From Stegostoma tigrinum (taxonomy: Eukaryota): a stretch of DNA of 64,000 bases. The stretch is from assembly GCF_030684315.1 (NCBI RefSeq), contig NC_081355.1, positions 15,614,761 to 15,678,760 of the forward strand, in the 5' to 3' direction. Below are positions 35,101 to 49,625 of the stretch, in pieces. The stretch's first letter is position 1, and each line of letters starts with the position of its first letter. Both the position numbers and the translations under genes were made by a program. Below the pieces are notes generated by a model. It was not told the origin of the DNA. It saw nothing but the letters and a program-made list of their open reading frames with translations, and did no database searches.

Positions 35101-38002
35101 GGGTACCATCAGATCTTCAGTATCCTAAGTCACCATTTTTAAGCTTCAGGTAGATCACAGTTGAGTCCATTCCTATTCATCCAAATTTGTAAAGATTTCT
35201 TGCTAATCGGTGATTATTAATTGAAATGGAGACTTCAATAATTATCGAGGACGTACGTCAGAAAATCTGTATCTTGGGTATGATATTAAACTAAGGACTG
35301 TTTTGATTTTTGTAAAAATTTAATGGAATAACATGCAGATAAACAGTGTATTTTATCCTGCTGTCTGGCTAATATCTCTTATCAACTTGACTGACATAGA
35401 TTATCTGGCCATTTACATAAATACAGGTTGTAGAATCCTGCTGTGTATGTATTGGGTGCTATGTTTTCTCCATTTAAACAAGAATATTAAACATTAAAAA
35501 TCCTTCTTTGGCTATAAAGAGCTTCTGGGCTGCTGAACCTGTGAAGAGTACCATTGAAGGCAAATTTCTTTTTAGCTCGTAATTGATCCAGCCCTTCTCC
35601 CTAGATGTTAAATGATTGACACTCAGACTTACCTTTCTTGGAAAATATTAGCTTATGTGCAGTAGAAAAGTGATTTTAGTTTTTAATTTTGTGAATGTTA
35701 TTAAACAGCAAGTTTTTTTGTTATCTAGACTACAGGACATTTTTAAAAAAATACAAATTTCATTCATGGCTCTTCAAGTTTATCCTGTGACTTTTTTTAA
35801 TCAACTGTATTTTGATTAATTTGTATGGATGTTTGCTGTTTTATTCAGAAATTTCTCTATTACAGTTATCTCCCCGCTCTAACAGTATAAGCGATTTGTG
35901 ATGCTGTTGAAGCCTTTGGTTAAATTTTAGGTCACTCAAAAGCATATGTTCCTGCATGTGTTGGTTTATAAACACTGTTTAACATGAGTGCACAGAGGAA
36001 AATAATAGATGCACATTCTGTGGCAAGTTGTGAAATTGTTTGATGTTGTCTGAGCTGTGGGGTGGTTCTGTTCAATGTTAGACTTTGTGTTACAAACCAA
36101 AGTTTGAAATTGTCTCTGGTGAAAGAAGACATCATATACTATGGTTCCAAACTGAACGCTCTAGAGATTTGCAGTAATATTTTTCTGTACACTTCATTAA
36201 TCATTCACCTCCTATTTTTCAAAGTTGACTTCTCTTGTACAGGTAGTGACTTTTTAACCCAGCAGCCTTGGAATTGGGCTTTTGCCGGCCCAGGGCGTTT
36301 GCCAAACTTGGGAGGTCAAGTATATCAATGCACAAACCTTTTAAAAATAATGACCTCACCTTGACTTGTGTCAGTTACATGCCTAATGAATGTTTTTGGT
36401 GTCTTACTGGAAAATAAGTCTTGAAGGTATCCTAACTCGACGAAGTGGGATATAAAATATTGTGAGTAAGGGTTGAAACTGACCTACTACAGCAAAATCC
36501 GGAAGTACTGTGGTTGCCAGACCAAAGAACGTTGATTAGGAAGGTACAAACTAAACTCTGGTTTTACTTGAGTAACGGTTAAGAATCTCAAATTATAAAA
36601 TTGTGTAGAGTGTGCATTTTTATAGCTAACCTTTAGAAGCTATGCAAGGGTCATGGGGTGAATGAAAATAGTTTAGTCATAGAATTATATGGTGTCAAGG
36701 TTTCTTTTTGCATTCTATTGCTTTTGATGAAACTGCTGCTTATTATGAAGTTCAGTCTATGTTAATGAAACATTTGTCCAAAAAGTTTAATTTACAAGGA
36801 ACAAATATGGAATACCCATATTTTAATGTGTCTTCAACTTGGCTAAGAATGTTGCTACTGATGTGACTCTTGTATACCTCATTAGTTCATAAGTTCGGCA
36901 CAAGCTAGTGTATGTGATTTAAAGATTCTTAAAGGTCATATTTTTACAACATTTTTTTGATGTACAGCAAATCCCTATGTAAGGGGTTTAGCCACTCAGC
37001 TGTCATTTGGTTGATTGCTGAATACGGTTCAGGTCAGCTAACTGGGTATGTGAAATATTGTGTAATGTAGAGTAAATAAAGTGTAGTATATAGATTTAAT
37101 TTGAAATGATCAGTTTGTGGCAAAAAAAGTCACTTGAGAAAAATAGCCATCCAACAATCGTAAAAGTTCCTTTTAAAATACTAAGCTCAATTTTCATTGT
37201 ACTCTTGCTCAAGATAGACAGAAAGAATTGCATCTGCTGTTGCATATTAAATGTACCCCAAGTTAGACATTTTGTATTAAAGGCTGAACTTGAGTGAGAC
37301 AAACTTTCCAAAATCAACCGCTCCAAATATGCGGCTTACTGATGACCCAGATGGCTGTTGGAATGTTGATATGCAAAATATTAAATAGGATGAAGGATGT
37401 TTATTTTGGATTTAAAATTTAAGTGTCGTCTTTGCACAATTCGTAAGTTTGTAATTTTAATTTAGCTCAACATTTTATTGATGGACTGGATGTACAATGG
37501 AATGCTTGACATCGTCAAGGCATTCAGTCTGGAAAGCATTAAAGAGTGCTAAATCGAGTATTTTTTCAAAATCAAATCTAATGTGTTCAATTTTTTGGTG
37601 CAGTATGAATTTGTCAGATTCTTACGTACAAAAAAAAACCTTGTTTCCACTTAATGTGCCATAGTAGTACTTCTGCATTTTTTTATTTTGATTGTATTGT
37701 TTAACATCTTGGCTGAGAAATCATTTAAGCTTATGTTTGAAGCATGGGTATGCACTAAGAAGAAGATTACTTTTTTAGGTTGGTCCTTAATACATCCAGA
37801 TGTTCTAGCAATATAAAATATTGTTGCAATACCCATTTTACCAGAAGTCATCGAACAATGGAAAGCCTGAAGTTATATGATTAATGTGTTTTATTACTAC
37901 TTTGAGATGTAAAGAATGGATGGTAATGGAAATTGCAATATAAAACATTAATTCAAGGGAGAGATTCTGCAAATGTCCTGAACAAATGAGTGCAAAGCCA
38001 GT

Positions 38003-38081
38003 TAACAAGGTGTGGAGCTGGATGAACATAACAGGCCAAGCAGCATCATAAGAGCAGGAAAGCTCACCTTTCGGGCCTAGA
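38003..38081 (-). mobile_element. PLE terminal-repeat fragment with half hammerhead
   Basis: gagctggatgaacataacaggccaagcagcatc..gcaggaaagctcacctttcgggcctag. Confidence 0.8.
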
Positions 38082-38149
38082 AATGCTCCATTTGCATTAC
38101 TATTTTAAATCCTGGTTTGCATTTTAGTTGACAATTGGAGATAAGTTAC

Positions 38150-38560
38150 TAGCTTTCTGATTTGCTTTGAGTAAGGAGGTGATGGGTTAAAGTCCCAAAA
38201 TTTGTGTACAAAGACCTGGATTGCTGGTTCAGTGCAGCAGAGAGGAAATGCTGCAAAATCTGAGATGCTGTCTTTTAGGTGACACGCCAAACTAAGATCC
38301 TGTCTGGTTTTTGCAGGTGGGAGTAATAAAGATCCTTGGCATGATTTCAGATTGGACCAGGGGTTATCTTCCTGGTGACCTAGGCAATATTTGTACCTCA
38401 ATTAACATTAACAAAAATGAACTGCTTATTGTTGTAAAGGCATTGGTGGGAACTTGTTTTGCACAAATTAGCTTTTGTGCTTACATTATTTGAAGAAAAT
38501 CTTAATTTGCTTTAAAACATTTGGGGATGTCCTAAGATCATAAACATACACTTATAAAAG
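38150..38560 (+). mobile_element. Deu-domain SINE (SacSINE1/AmnSINE1-like)
   Basis: gatgctgtcttttaggtgacacgccaaactaagatcctgtctg...taaagatccttggca...ttcctggtgacctaggcaatattt resembles the Deu core. Confidence 0.6.
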
Positions 38561-40974
38561 AGAAATTTACTTTAAAATAGAGGGAAACTGAGTTAAAGTA
38601 ACAATTCAAAATTCCAATTTGTGTCAAAGGTGTTAACTACTCCTGCCAGAAGAATACCAAATCCAATAGGATGATGCCTTTTGATAAGCCTAGGTTCTGG
38701 ATTGATATGTCATGATTACCTGCATTTGTGCAAGCTTGTCATGTCACCATGCCAACTAGTTAGAATGGAGTTAGACCATACTGGACAAGTCAGCATTCAA
38801 CAAGATCTCCCTCCCAAATTTGAAGAGTCTGAATGCCTGCCCTCCCTCTTACTTGCCTGTTTCCCTCATTGCAGACAAAAAGGCTGTAGAGATGTTCTGA
38901 AATTTGGAATTGTAGTACAAGAATATTTTTGACTGTCTTGATGACATGGCAGCCTATTACACTCGGTCAAAGGCAGACTGCTACACAGAAAATATCAGAG
39001 TTTTTAGAAGCTAACTCCTAAACTACCTTGATGCCTTTTGGTTTACAAGGTCAGGGCATTTTAATATGTAGAAGTTGAAAATAAATACTTTTTCACAATT
39101 TTACTGATTTACTTGGTCTTCTTTTGGAAGCTTTTCAATAGCGAGTGTGTTTGTAGGAAAATTGAATTGTGTCACAGCCTCCTTGGGTGTCTCAAAGTTC
39201 CAATCAGTAGAGACTGTAGGCGGATTCCTTGAGATGTGGTTCACTGATTTCACTGCTGATACTCTGTACTTTTGCTTTAAAAAAAATGTTTACTTACGGG
39301 GTGTGAGCACCACTGGCTTAACCAGCATCTTGTTATTGAGTCCTGACTGCCCATGCATAGGTTATGATGAGCTGCTTTCTTTGTTGCAGTCCATATGGTG
39401 TTGCTTATACTAACTGTTAGGAGGGAGCTCCAGGTTTCTTATTGTCACAAAGGTATGATGATACCATTCCAGGTCAGAATGGTTATATCATTCCATTTTG
39501 GAATGGTGTGTGGATTGGAGTGGGGCTTGCTGATGTTCCTTCCACTGTCCTTGTCCTCCCAGGTGGTAGAGGTTGTGGATTTGGAAGGTGCCTTTAAAGG
39601 ATCTTAGCAAGTTGATGTTATGCACTTTTTTGGATAATGCACACAACGCTGTTGCTGTTGCAGAAACATTAGTCACACTGTGGTGGAAAATCCAGTGTAC
39701 ATATAAGAAAATATGATGTGACAATTGGAACATCCTGGATCCTGGATTGTTACTTGACTCTGTTGTGAAAGGATTCCAGGCCCATAGAATTAGATAGGAA
39801 GGAGAGAGATTGATGATGAAGGAATTTACTTAGATTCAGTTGGAATTGGCTTTTAAAAAAGGTAAATAGACGGATGAAGGTTAGGAGAATGAGTCTGACA
39901 TGTTTAGATCGTCTTCTTTAGCAGAAATGTAACAAATGGATTATAAACTGAAAGTTAAATCAAACAGTCAACTTGAAAGTTGAGTCTGATCCAATACGAG
40001 AGTTTTATTACTTGAAAGACAATGTACTAATGAGAAAGGAAATACCTCAACAGCCAACTTGAATACCATCTGATGAGAAGTAGTCACTGGCCCATCTGGT
40101 GGTAGTTCCATTTAAGTGTAGTAATGAAAGTTTACAATGGAGGGTTGCTTGGGAATTAGAAAGATACAAGCTCAAATATTAATATTTTTTATTGCCTGGT
40201 ATTACTTAAGGGTGTGACCAGATTTTGCCAGGTAGTGGGAAAGCCCTAACCACTAATTAAAACTGTGGATTTGCGGTCTCATGAAATTTACGTAAGTTTG
40301 CGTAAAAGTGCCAGATGTTCTTCCTTAAGAGCACTTTTGAATTGGTCACAATTTTTAAAAAAAGTGAAGGCATCAACAATGAAATAGATGTATATTCCCA
40401 AGTTAGATATTTCTAATATTGGACATCTCAGGAGTAGGTAGGACTTGAAGCAGGGATACTACCATTGCACCATAAGAACCTCCATGTACACCCGACTTTA
40501 TTTACTTGAATTTAAATGTCAGTAGCTGCTGCGGTGGGATTTGAACCCAAATCCCCAAAGTGTTAGATATTACAACTATGCCACCATTTATCCTTGTGAA
40601 TCCATTATTAAATGTAAGAATACTTGCACCGTAAAATAATTCAGCCTGCTGAAAACTCTAGCATACTTTTTTGGCTTATTGAGGGGGTTAAATTGTCTGG
40701 AGCGAATGGATTTCAACTGATCATATGTCCTGCATTCAGTCTTTCTGTAAATGAAGAATTCTCTATTCTGCTTCTAAGCCATTCTCTCAAATCTGAGAAT
40801 GCAATAAACTGTGGATTTTTTTTTAAACAATAAAGTATTTGTGGTTGTTTAATAAGTTAACCAAAATGTTTAATGTTTTGAAGATGTGAGCGACTAGTAA
40901 AAGCAAATATGTGTTTCAAATGGCAATTCAAGATATTTCTATATTGTTATATTCAAACCAAATCAAGTCAATAT

Positions 40975-42020
40975 GTTTTTACAAAAGCCAAATCATGTTT
41001 GACAAATTTGTTAGAGCTGTTTGTAGCTATTCTGGTTGGTAAAAGGGAACCAGAAAATGTAGAATAATTAGCTCTTCAAAAGGTTAATACATTAAATAGG
41101 GTTCCTGGAGCTATGGTTGATCTATTAAGATGTATAGAGGATTGGATACCAAACAAGAAACAATGAGGCTCTTTCAGTTCACATACTAAGTAATAGATTT
41201 CTGGAAGATCCATTGCTTGGTCCTGAACTATTAACATTCTATGTTCATGACTTGTATGAAGAGACAAAGAATAATATAGCTAAGCTTACTGATGATATTA
41301 AGCTAGATTGGAATGCAAACTGAGCAGAATATAACGAGGCTTTAAAAAGACATGGTCAGGTTGACAGACTGGCAACAAGTTGCCAGCTGGTATACAAGTT
41401 GTAAAAGTAGAAAAGCAGAATTTTTAACATATGAAACTTGTACAATAGAAACAGTTGGGTATATTGCAAAGGAATTGGAGTGAATGGGTGAGGGAGTCTT
41501 GCTCCAATTGTGTGGGGTTTTATTGAGACTATACTTTGTTTACTGTGTGCAGTTTTGCTCTCAATAGTTAAGGATATACTTGGCGATGAAGGTACACAAG
41601 ACTGGGACCTGGAATGAGAAAGTTTTCTTATTACGAGAGGCTGAATAAATTGGATCTACAGTCTCTGGAATTGAAGAAAATGGGAGGTGATCTCTATGAA
41701 GCATGCAAGATTCTGGATGGCCTGACCGGGCAGATACTGAGCTATTGTTTCAGGATAAGAGGCTAATGATTTAGGACTGAGATGAAAAGTTTATTCACTC
41801 AAATAGCTGTGCATCCATGTGGAATCCTTTGTCCAAGAGAATTGTGGATACTCCATTGTTGAATTTATTAAAGGCTAAGATAGACCAAGTTTTGGTGTAT
41901 CAGGGAATCCAGGGATGTGGGAAGTGGGCAGGAAAATGAAGTTGAGGAATAAGATCGGCTGTGATCATATAAAACAATGGAGCAAGTTCGACGGGCCATA
42001 TGGTCCACTTCTGTTTCTGG
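40975..42020 (+). mobile_element. Old CR1 LINE 3' part
   Basis: aaatcatgtttgacaaatttgttagag; aagcttactgatgatattaagctag; tactgtgtgcagttttgctctc; 3' tail ggtccacttctgtttct. Confidence 0.8.
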
Positions 42021-45000
42021 TACCCGAGTTGCGGGCTGAAATGCTTGTGCTGTCTTTTGTTTTTGATTATGAATGACTGTTCAAAATATGAGGAACTTTG
42101 TTACATTGGTTTTCTAGATGAGACTTGCAGTGTAAAAGATTTTGCTGCTTGCTTGTGATTGGAACTACCATGATGGTATTACTTACTTTATTCCAACAGG
42201 TAGGAAATTCCACCTAAAGCTTGATTGAAGTAGGGATTTGCAGCTGAGCTCTTCAGTAAGTATTTGACAGGAGTTGTAATCACTGCCTGTAACCCAGTGA
42301 TTATCGATAGGCATTGAGTGCTGGGGATTTCAATAATGAATAATATGCTTTTAATGAAATATATGCAGGGAGGCGATGGCCTAGTGGTATTGTCATTGGA
42401 TTGTTAACCCAGGTCCCCAGATAATGTTCTGGGGAGCCAGTGACGCCTTTATCCCATGAATGAATAAAGAATAAATAACTTTAAACTGGTCATTCTGGTG
42501 CCACAGTATCTCCATTGTGGAACGATTCGAATTTTTTTGCTTCATGTTAAAACTTGAAATTTGCCACTATGCAAAGCTACCACTTCCGGTGACAAACCTA
42601 CACACAAATATGTTCTAATATGCCATGACTGAAAAGTTGACTTTTTCTGCCATTTTCTGACTAAACTATTTTTCCACCATTAATATTGTTGAATTAATTC
42701 TGTATTAACAATATTCATCTCTGTCTTGCTGTAGAGCTTGTAAACTTTTCAAAAATATGTGAACAAAAATTGCTTGTAATGCACAGGCTTGTCGGCTTCT
42801 TGACGAGAAATACTAATGAAACATTAATTTGTCTCATCAGATGATAGACTTGCATTGTGTTTTTAGTAATTTCTGTTTTTATTCAAGAGCGTTTTTTTTC
42901 TTTGTTTGTTGAAAGTTGAAAATTAAATGGAAAAATATCATGCCAGAGCAATGCTTTGTAACTGGATGAAATGAGTGGGCCTTGGTTTGTATGCTGTTCA
43001 CTTGCCCCATGCTGAAATGAGGTTTTTAAGATAGTTGAACTGAATGAACAGATATGGTAGATATTGTACGTTATATACCTGCTGTGCTGGCCCCAACAGA
43101 ACCAGCTGATTTGTTTGCATTACACTTAGAATTCTTAAAGTTGACTATGTAAAGCAAGGTAATTCTATATTGAAGGAAGCTGCTTCTTGAATTAACGTAA
43201 CTTAGCATGAAGCAATGAATATTGATTTAAAGCAAACTTAATAATTTTCAATATTTTGTACGATTCTCGAACTCATGAGTTTCTTGTCTCACGTTGTAGC
43301 TTTTTATCAGCCCTCTAAACCAAAGATAGCTTTTTATATTAGCAATGAAGCAGTCTGATAATTCCTATTTCAAACTGAATGAATAAACTGCAACAGAACC
43401 AACTCTTATACTGAAAAGCACTGTTTTGTTTTGTTTTTGTTATTGCAAACTCAAGGTTTTGAAACAAATGGTAGTTGTAATAAAGTGTGAACTGTCAATT
43501 CTTTTAGGCATCCATGACAATCTTGTATTGGGTATGTAAGACATGGAAGGACTCACTGAAGACGGTGAATTCTGTTAAAACTTGGATGTATTTGACTAAA
43601 GACTAGTCTACCACCAACCGCTTTTGTACGGAATTGCCCTTTTCTATTTCTTAGTTATATTAACAAGGTTTTAGGGATTTAAAGGTTTTTTAAAAAAAGT
43701 GTCTGGAAATCTATTTTAAAGATATGATTGCCGCAGATAATGTTTTTCAGTAAATACAAAAGCTTATAATCATGAGATGTTTGTATCACTCTACATTTGA
43801 AATAGCTGGAAACTGTATCCGAAAACTTGCTATTTCCAATAACTTCACATCATTTTTTTCATCCAAATATTTTTGATCTATTTTGGATTCAGGCACTCTT
43901 CAGTTCATACCACAAGTTATTTTGTGAAAAATGTTTGTTTAGCATAATTGGGACTCTCAATAGATGATCTTATAACTGCCATCTATTTTTGGGTTTGCGC
44001 ACATATATATTTTATCTCCCAAAATGCATAATTAGACTAATGTAACTCAGAACTGTCAAAATATTTTAAAAGGATTGTCAGCCCATTCTGATTTCCTGGT
44101 TCTTCACTAAATTGCATATTGAAAATATCAATTGTGGATTGCCCCTAAATTATATTGCTATTTGAGTACTGAACTCGAAAGATAACATGCGGATATCATT
44201 TGATTACTTTCTCCTATATTTGAAACTTTGCCCACCATGGTTGCAGATGACCTCCATTGTGAATCTATCTTTTTGAAAAAGAGCAACGAAATTTGGAAGC
44301 TTCAACAGGCTTATACCTGTAACTTCCACATTCTGCATTTTGTCATATTAACATACTGACAGTCTTGAGGCAGGTGTGAAACAGAACTAATGTACTTTTT
44401 TTTGCATTATCTAATTATGTCGGTTAGAATGGCATTGGTGAAAGCCTGCTTGCTATTTTGTTGGCTGATTTCAAAATGAAAAAATGTGATTTTTATGTTG
44501 CTTTTTGCTCCATTTTTCCTTTTTAAGTTCTCAATCTCTTCCTGTGTCCCCTGCCCTCTTGTTTTCAAAAATAAAGATCTATAAGAAAGTATTAATCTTA
44601 AAATGAGTGCACCACAATGCAGTGAAAGAATTCCAAATGATTTAAATTTTAGCTGTTTTTATTTTACTGAGGTTCATTATTTTTGAGCTTTCTTAAATTT
44701 GAGGCAGTAGGTTAGGAGCTGTTAACTTGAAGGAACTTGATGTTAATAGGATTTACAAATTGTGAACAAGTATTACCTTTGAAGTACAGACATTTCCCAC
44801 TAATGGATGCAACTGATTTATGTACATTGTTTTTCACCAATATACTTAATGCAAAAGCATCTTTGTCATGAAGTGGAATTTTTTTTGTGGCTAAAATTGC
44901 AAACAAAAGTTTTGGATGAGAAGTTTCTTTTGTTGAGGCGCTTGTTTACTTTTTACATGGAATAGATGTTTCACACTTCATGTGCTGGGTGACTGAACAG

Positions 45001-45566
45001 CTGATTGTTTTGGGAGCTGCATTGTGCAAACGTCCTCACAATTGTCTGTTAAGAGCAAAATTCACGAACAGACTGTCTGTCTGTATAATCTAATACTATT
45101 GCCACCTGCTGTATTGTCATTTGTACCGCATTGCTCATACCCATCTATATGCAGAAATTAGGCAAAAGTCCTTAAGAGCAATTGCAAATGTCATTTATGT
45201 ATACTACATTCTTATGTCCTTTGTCACGGTTTTTTTGATGACTTACAGTAAAGTAACTGCTCAGTTTTGTATCATCGTAATGATTCTGCAGCTTGGAGCA
45301 AATGAAGATACCAAGTTGTATTACAGTTCAAAAATCTATTTTATTAACTTTGCTATTTGGAAAAATAGTTCGCACCTTACTACTAATTTTGTTCCTAATA
45401 TGTTAATTAAGGGAAACAAAATCTTGATTGCAATACTTTTTTTCTTGTTTTTTTGTGTGTTCTTAAAATGAATCCATGGTAACATTCTTAAGTTTATTTA
45501 TCTTTTCCTAAAAAATGTTCATCCAACTAAATTTGAGGGACAGTTGAAAGATATTGCTTTCATAGA

Positions 45567-45790
45567 ATAACTAGATGTAGAACTGGATGAACACAGCAGG
45601 CCAAGCAGCATCAGAGGAGCAGGAAAGCTGACGTTTCGGGTCTAGACCTTTTTTCAGAAATTCTGAAGAAGGGTCTATACCCGAAAAGTCAGCTTTCCTG
45701 CTCCTCTGATGCTTCTTGGCCTGCTGTGTTCTTCCAGCTCGACGCCTTGTTATCTCAGATTCTCCAGCATCTGAGTTCCTACTGTCTCTG
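45567..45790. mobile_element. Palindromic PLE terminal-repeat insertion with two back-to-back hammerhead motifs
   Basis: Inverted arms of about 85 bp centred near 45660. Minus motif 45630-45657 (CTGAAAA, G8 lost); plus motif 45663-45690 (CTGAAGA...GAAA-A-GTC). Degenerate TSD tgctttcatagaa / tgccttcattgaa. Confidence 0.88.
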
Positions 45791-46226
45791 CCTTCATTGA
45801 AACATTGAGGTTAGGAAAGGCATTCAAAGTGTCTTACAACCGGTGAGTCACCTTGTAGTTTAGTCGCTATTATCATGTAGCAGAAAAAATAAAATTTGCA
45901 TTTTTGTGCGTAAGAATACTGGGAGAAATTTCTGCTAAAGAAACTTCAAGTAATAATTCCTAAGTTATTATTGATTTATGCTTCAGTTTATAAAATAACT
46001 GATTTAATTAAATTTTCGTTTATATGGCTTATTTTATTGGAGAAGAAATGAGGAAAAAAGCTATAAACAACACAGCTTGTTAATTTGCTGCTACAGTGTT
46101 TTTTTGAAAATTGATAGCCCTTATAAAAAAAACCTATTAGGGGCAATTTTTAAAGACCTAATAAATTCTGAGGGATTTCTGATAAATCATGAATTATTTC
46201 CAACAACTGCCTTTTGTGTGTAGTGA

Positions 46227-46227
<1 letters not shown>

Positions 46228-46266
<39 letters not shown>
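46228..46266 (+). repeat. (TGTC)n microsatellite, about 10 units
   Basis: Read directly from the sequence. Confidence 0.95.
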
Positions 46267-49139
46267 GTAAATGTCCTCAGAAAATAAGCTGTCATTGGAG
46301 GTACATTTAATATTTTAGAAACCGTTTTGAGTACAAGTTTAAATTTGGGTTAATTTTTATTCCGTTCTTAAGATTACATAGTACTGTATGACAACTCACT
46401 GCATCTGTAGTGTCCTGATTTCTGTTTTTTATAATGTTTCACAAAAAACATAAGAATCTTGTCAATCTGTAATAATATGTTTATTTTAAATATAATTCAA
46501 AGTAGCTGTCCGTAACCATGACGCATAAACTGAACTGTTAAGCAAAACTTAAACACATTTCACCCTGTGAGAAGAATATCCGAACAGCAGAGGAATAGTG
46601 TTCTCAGTATTGTGGGATGTTTAGTGCCATTTCACAACAGCTATACTATGTGACATAGGCGTGTAATGACTTTCATATATGCGAATTCTGTAGATTTGGG
46701 ACTAATATTCATTAATTGCACATTTGAATGTCTGGAGGAATGAATGGTTGAATATATGTCAAGGGTATTTTTAACTTTTTAACTAGAAAAAGTGTAACTT
46801 GAACAGATTATTTTGAGTGGAAAACCCCCACTTTGAATTATAGTATGTGGCTCTCTTCCAGCATTATGCTCCATTATTCATGCATCACATGTATTTGTTG
46901 TGATTTGAAAATTTTAACTGTACTCATTATCTCTATGAAGAAATGCTTTTAAATGGTTTAATTTGCATCATAAATTACCAACTTCTGATAGGTTTTTTTT
47001 AGTTATTGCCATGTTTGGTGAAAGGGTGCATTTTTAGCTGTTTTCTGTCTGTAGGTTAGGTAACTGGTGTTTCAGAGTGTTTAAATCTGTGTACAATAAT
47101 GTGTTTTAATAAATTTAGCTAAACTTTCTAAATATTGACTTTCATATAATGTAATAAGCTTGCTGTGTCAAAACAACTTTGTGGATAGCATGAGATGTGA
47201 GAAGTTACGAAGCTACCTTTTAGTTATTCAATGAATTAATAATGTGAGGTTTGTTCGATTAATATTTCATTGAAACAATGCAAACTACTAACCATGTTAG
47301 TCATGCATAGGTGTGGAACTTTAAGAGCGTTTCCTATTCTATAACGGAATGGAAAGGAGTAATAACAGTGTTTTTTTGGTAATTATTGTTAAAACTTTAT
47401 TGCCTGTCTAATTTCTATTTTATCACCATACTTTTCATTAAAGTTATTACCTTTAATTTAAAATACTTTGCTTACAAAACTTGTAAAATTGGAAAAGCAA
47501 CACAAACTTTATACAATAAATTATCTATTGTATGCTGATGTTGAAACAAAGTACCTTTAATGACATGTGAAGCTTAATTTAAAAAGACTGTCAGTAGTTT
47601 TAAGGCTACGTTCATGCGTAAAACTTAAAAACTGCTTTGTTATCTGATTTTACTTTTCAGAACAATTAGGGAAACAAAACTAAAAGTTTTGTGATGACAG
47701 AGCCTCAAATACAGTCATCTTTCTGTCATGAAACTGAGTTCTTAGAACTTAACCACTTGTCAGTTTACAGCACGCACCATCGCATGTGACAACAGTTCTT
47801 CATCATTCTTTTGTTTGTCAGTTGTTATTGAGTGTATTTTCAGAAGAATGTGCTCTAAATTAGCATCTTGTTACTATTTGAGATCTTGATTGTTCATCTT
47901 CACATACTGTTTTTTTTCTATTAAAGGCATTCTTTAAAACTTCAATCATTCTGCAGATTTAATGGAGATTACATGAAATAATGTGCAGAAACAGATTGCT
48001 AACCTCCTGTGAAATGTGGTCTCCTTTATAAGCTAGAAATAATAACCAGATTTTTCATGCATTAAGAAATCCGTATGGAACTCAGGAAAGCATGCAGGAT
48101 TATGTTTTGAATATTTTCTTATTAAAGGAAGCTTGAAAAACATTAAGATTCATTTTTTCTTCCTTCGCAGTGAATAAGAACCATCAATCTTTGAAATATA
48201 TTTTCTTACAGAATTGAATAGCTAAGCTGTTAATGTGGATAGATTTTGCATTCAGTTTCAGCATGATGTTTAATATTACTTTGTAATGCTGGGCAGCAAC
48301 AACTTGTGTTTTTGGAATTTGGATCGGAACAATTCAATAGTTACAGTAGATGTGCAGTTAAGCTAAAATATTTTGCTGAAATATTATAGTGAGGATAAGT
48401 TACTTCATGGCGGCCCACACATAATTTGTTTACTTCCAATCAAGAGCAGAATCCTTTTCAAGTGGAAATGAAAACCATATTGCATCTCTGAAGTATCCCA
48501 GTCATATCAGTAGTGTAAAAGGTTTTGTTAGAATTTTAAAATGATTTTCAATGGATTATTTAATGCTGGAAAACAAGAATGAGTTATCTGCTGACATCGA
48601 GTCATGTGGAAACTTGATTCTTACTTCTACAGCTTTAAAAGCACATGGGATTTTTAATATTGTGAAGAAATCCCTCAGATTACAGAACTTTTAAAACATT
48701 AATTTTATAAAATCTTGAAATGTTGGGTAAAAGTCAGTAAATCCTTTAATAATACAGTATAGGTGATGTTATTTCTCTCTCTGGTTCCCAAAAACTACTT
48801 GGAAAAATTCCCAGGATCTACATTCAAGGGACTCTGAAAGTCATGGGATTTCAAAAAGAATATAAAAAATGTGTTTCTGAATATTTGTGGGCTCACTGGC
48901 ATTTTACAAGGTTAGTACTTTTTGACACTTCAAGATCTACACAGTCAAAATACATGCGTTTTCTTGTTGAACCGAATTGGGAATAATAACGTACCTATTA
49001 TTTGGCCTGATTTCTGTCATCGTAATTTTTTTACTCCCCACCCACACTAACCTCTCTGTCCTTTGACTTTGAAACAGTGTAGGAGACAATCTGAACTGAA
49101 GCTGTAGACACAGCACCTGCCAGTTTTAATGTTTTTACG

Positions 49140-49625
49140 TATGAAATGTTAACCCTGTTGCATTCTCAGCAAATGCTGCCAGACCTGCTGAGTTTCCTCC
49201 AAAATGTTCTGTTTTTATTTGGATTTCTAGCATTTGCAGTATTTTGCATTTATTAAAGTTGAATTCAACAATTTTAGATCATCATCTCGGCTTTCTGTTT
49301 TTCTTTTTCTTGCTTATTTTAGATGGTAGCTTTGGTAATGAGTCTGTATAGTACTATTTAACACCATTTCTAGATTTACTTGATAGAGTACCACCCACTT
49401 TTGTCGTGCATCATTGTCTCACTTGCGACTGAATTTCTGTTGCTGTTTATAGACCTTTCCATTTGTTCTTTTTCTGCATTTCCCACTTTGAATTTTTTTT
49501 TAAAACCTGTTACATTGACATTTTCCTCTCTAACAAGAGTTCGTTGACCCGAAATGTTAGCATTTTTTTCTCTCCTCAAAAGCTTCCTGACAACGTGAGT
49601 ATCCGTTATTTTCTGCTTTTATCAT
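49140..49625 (+). mobile_element. Two old PLE terminal-repeat remnants
   Basis: gaaatgttaac...atgctgccagacctgctgagttt...gatttctagcatttgcagtattttg and gacccgaaatgttagc. Confidence 0.55.
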
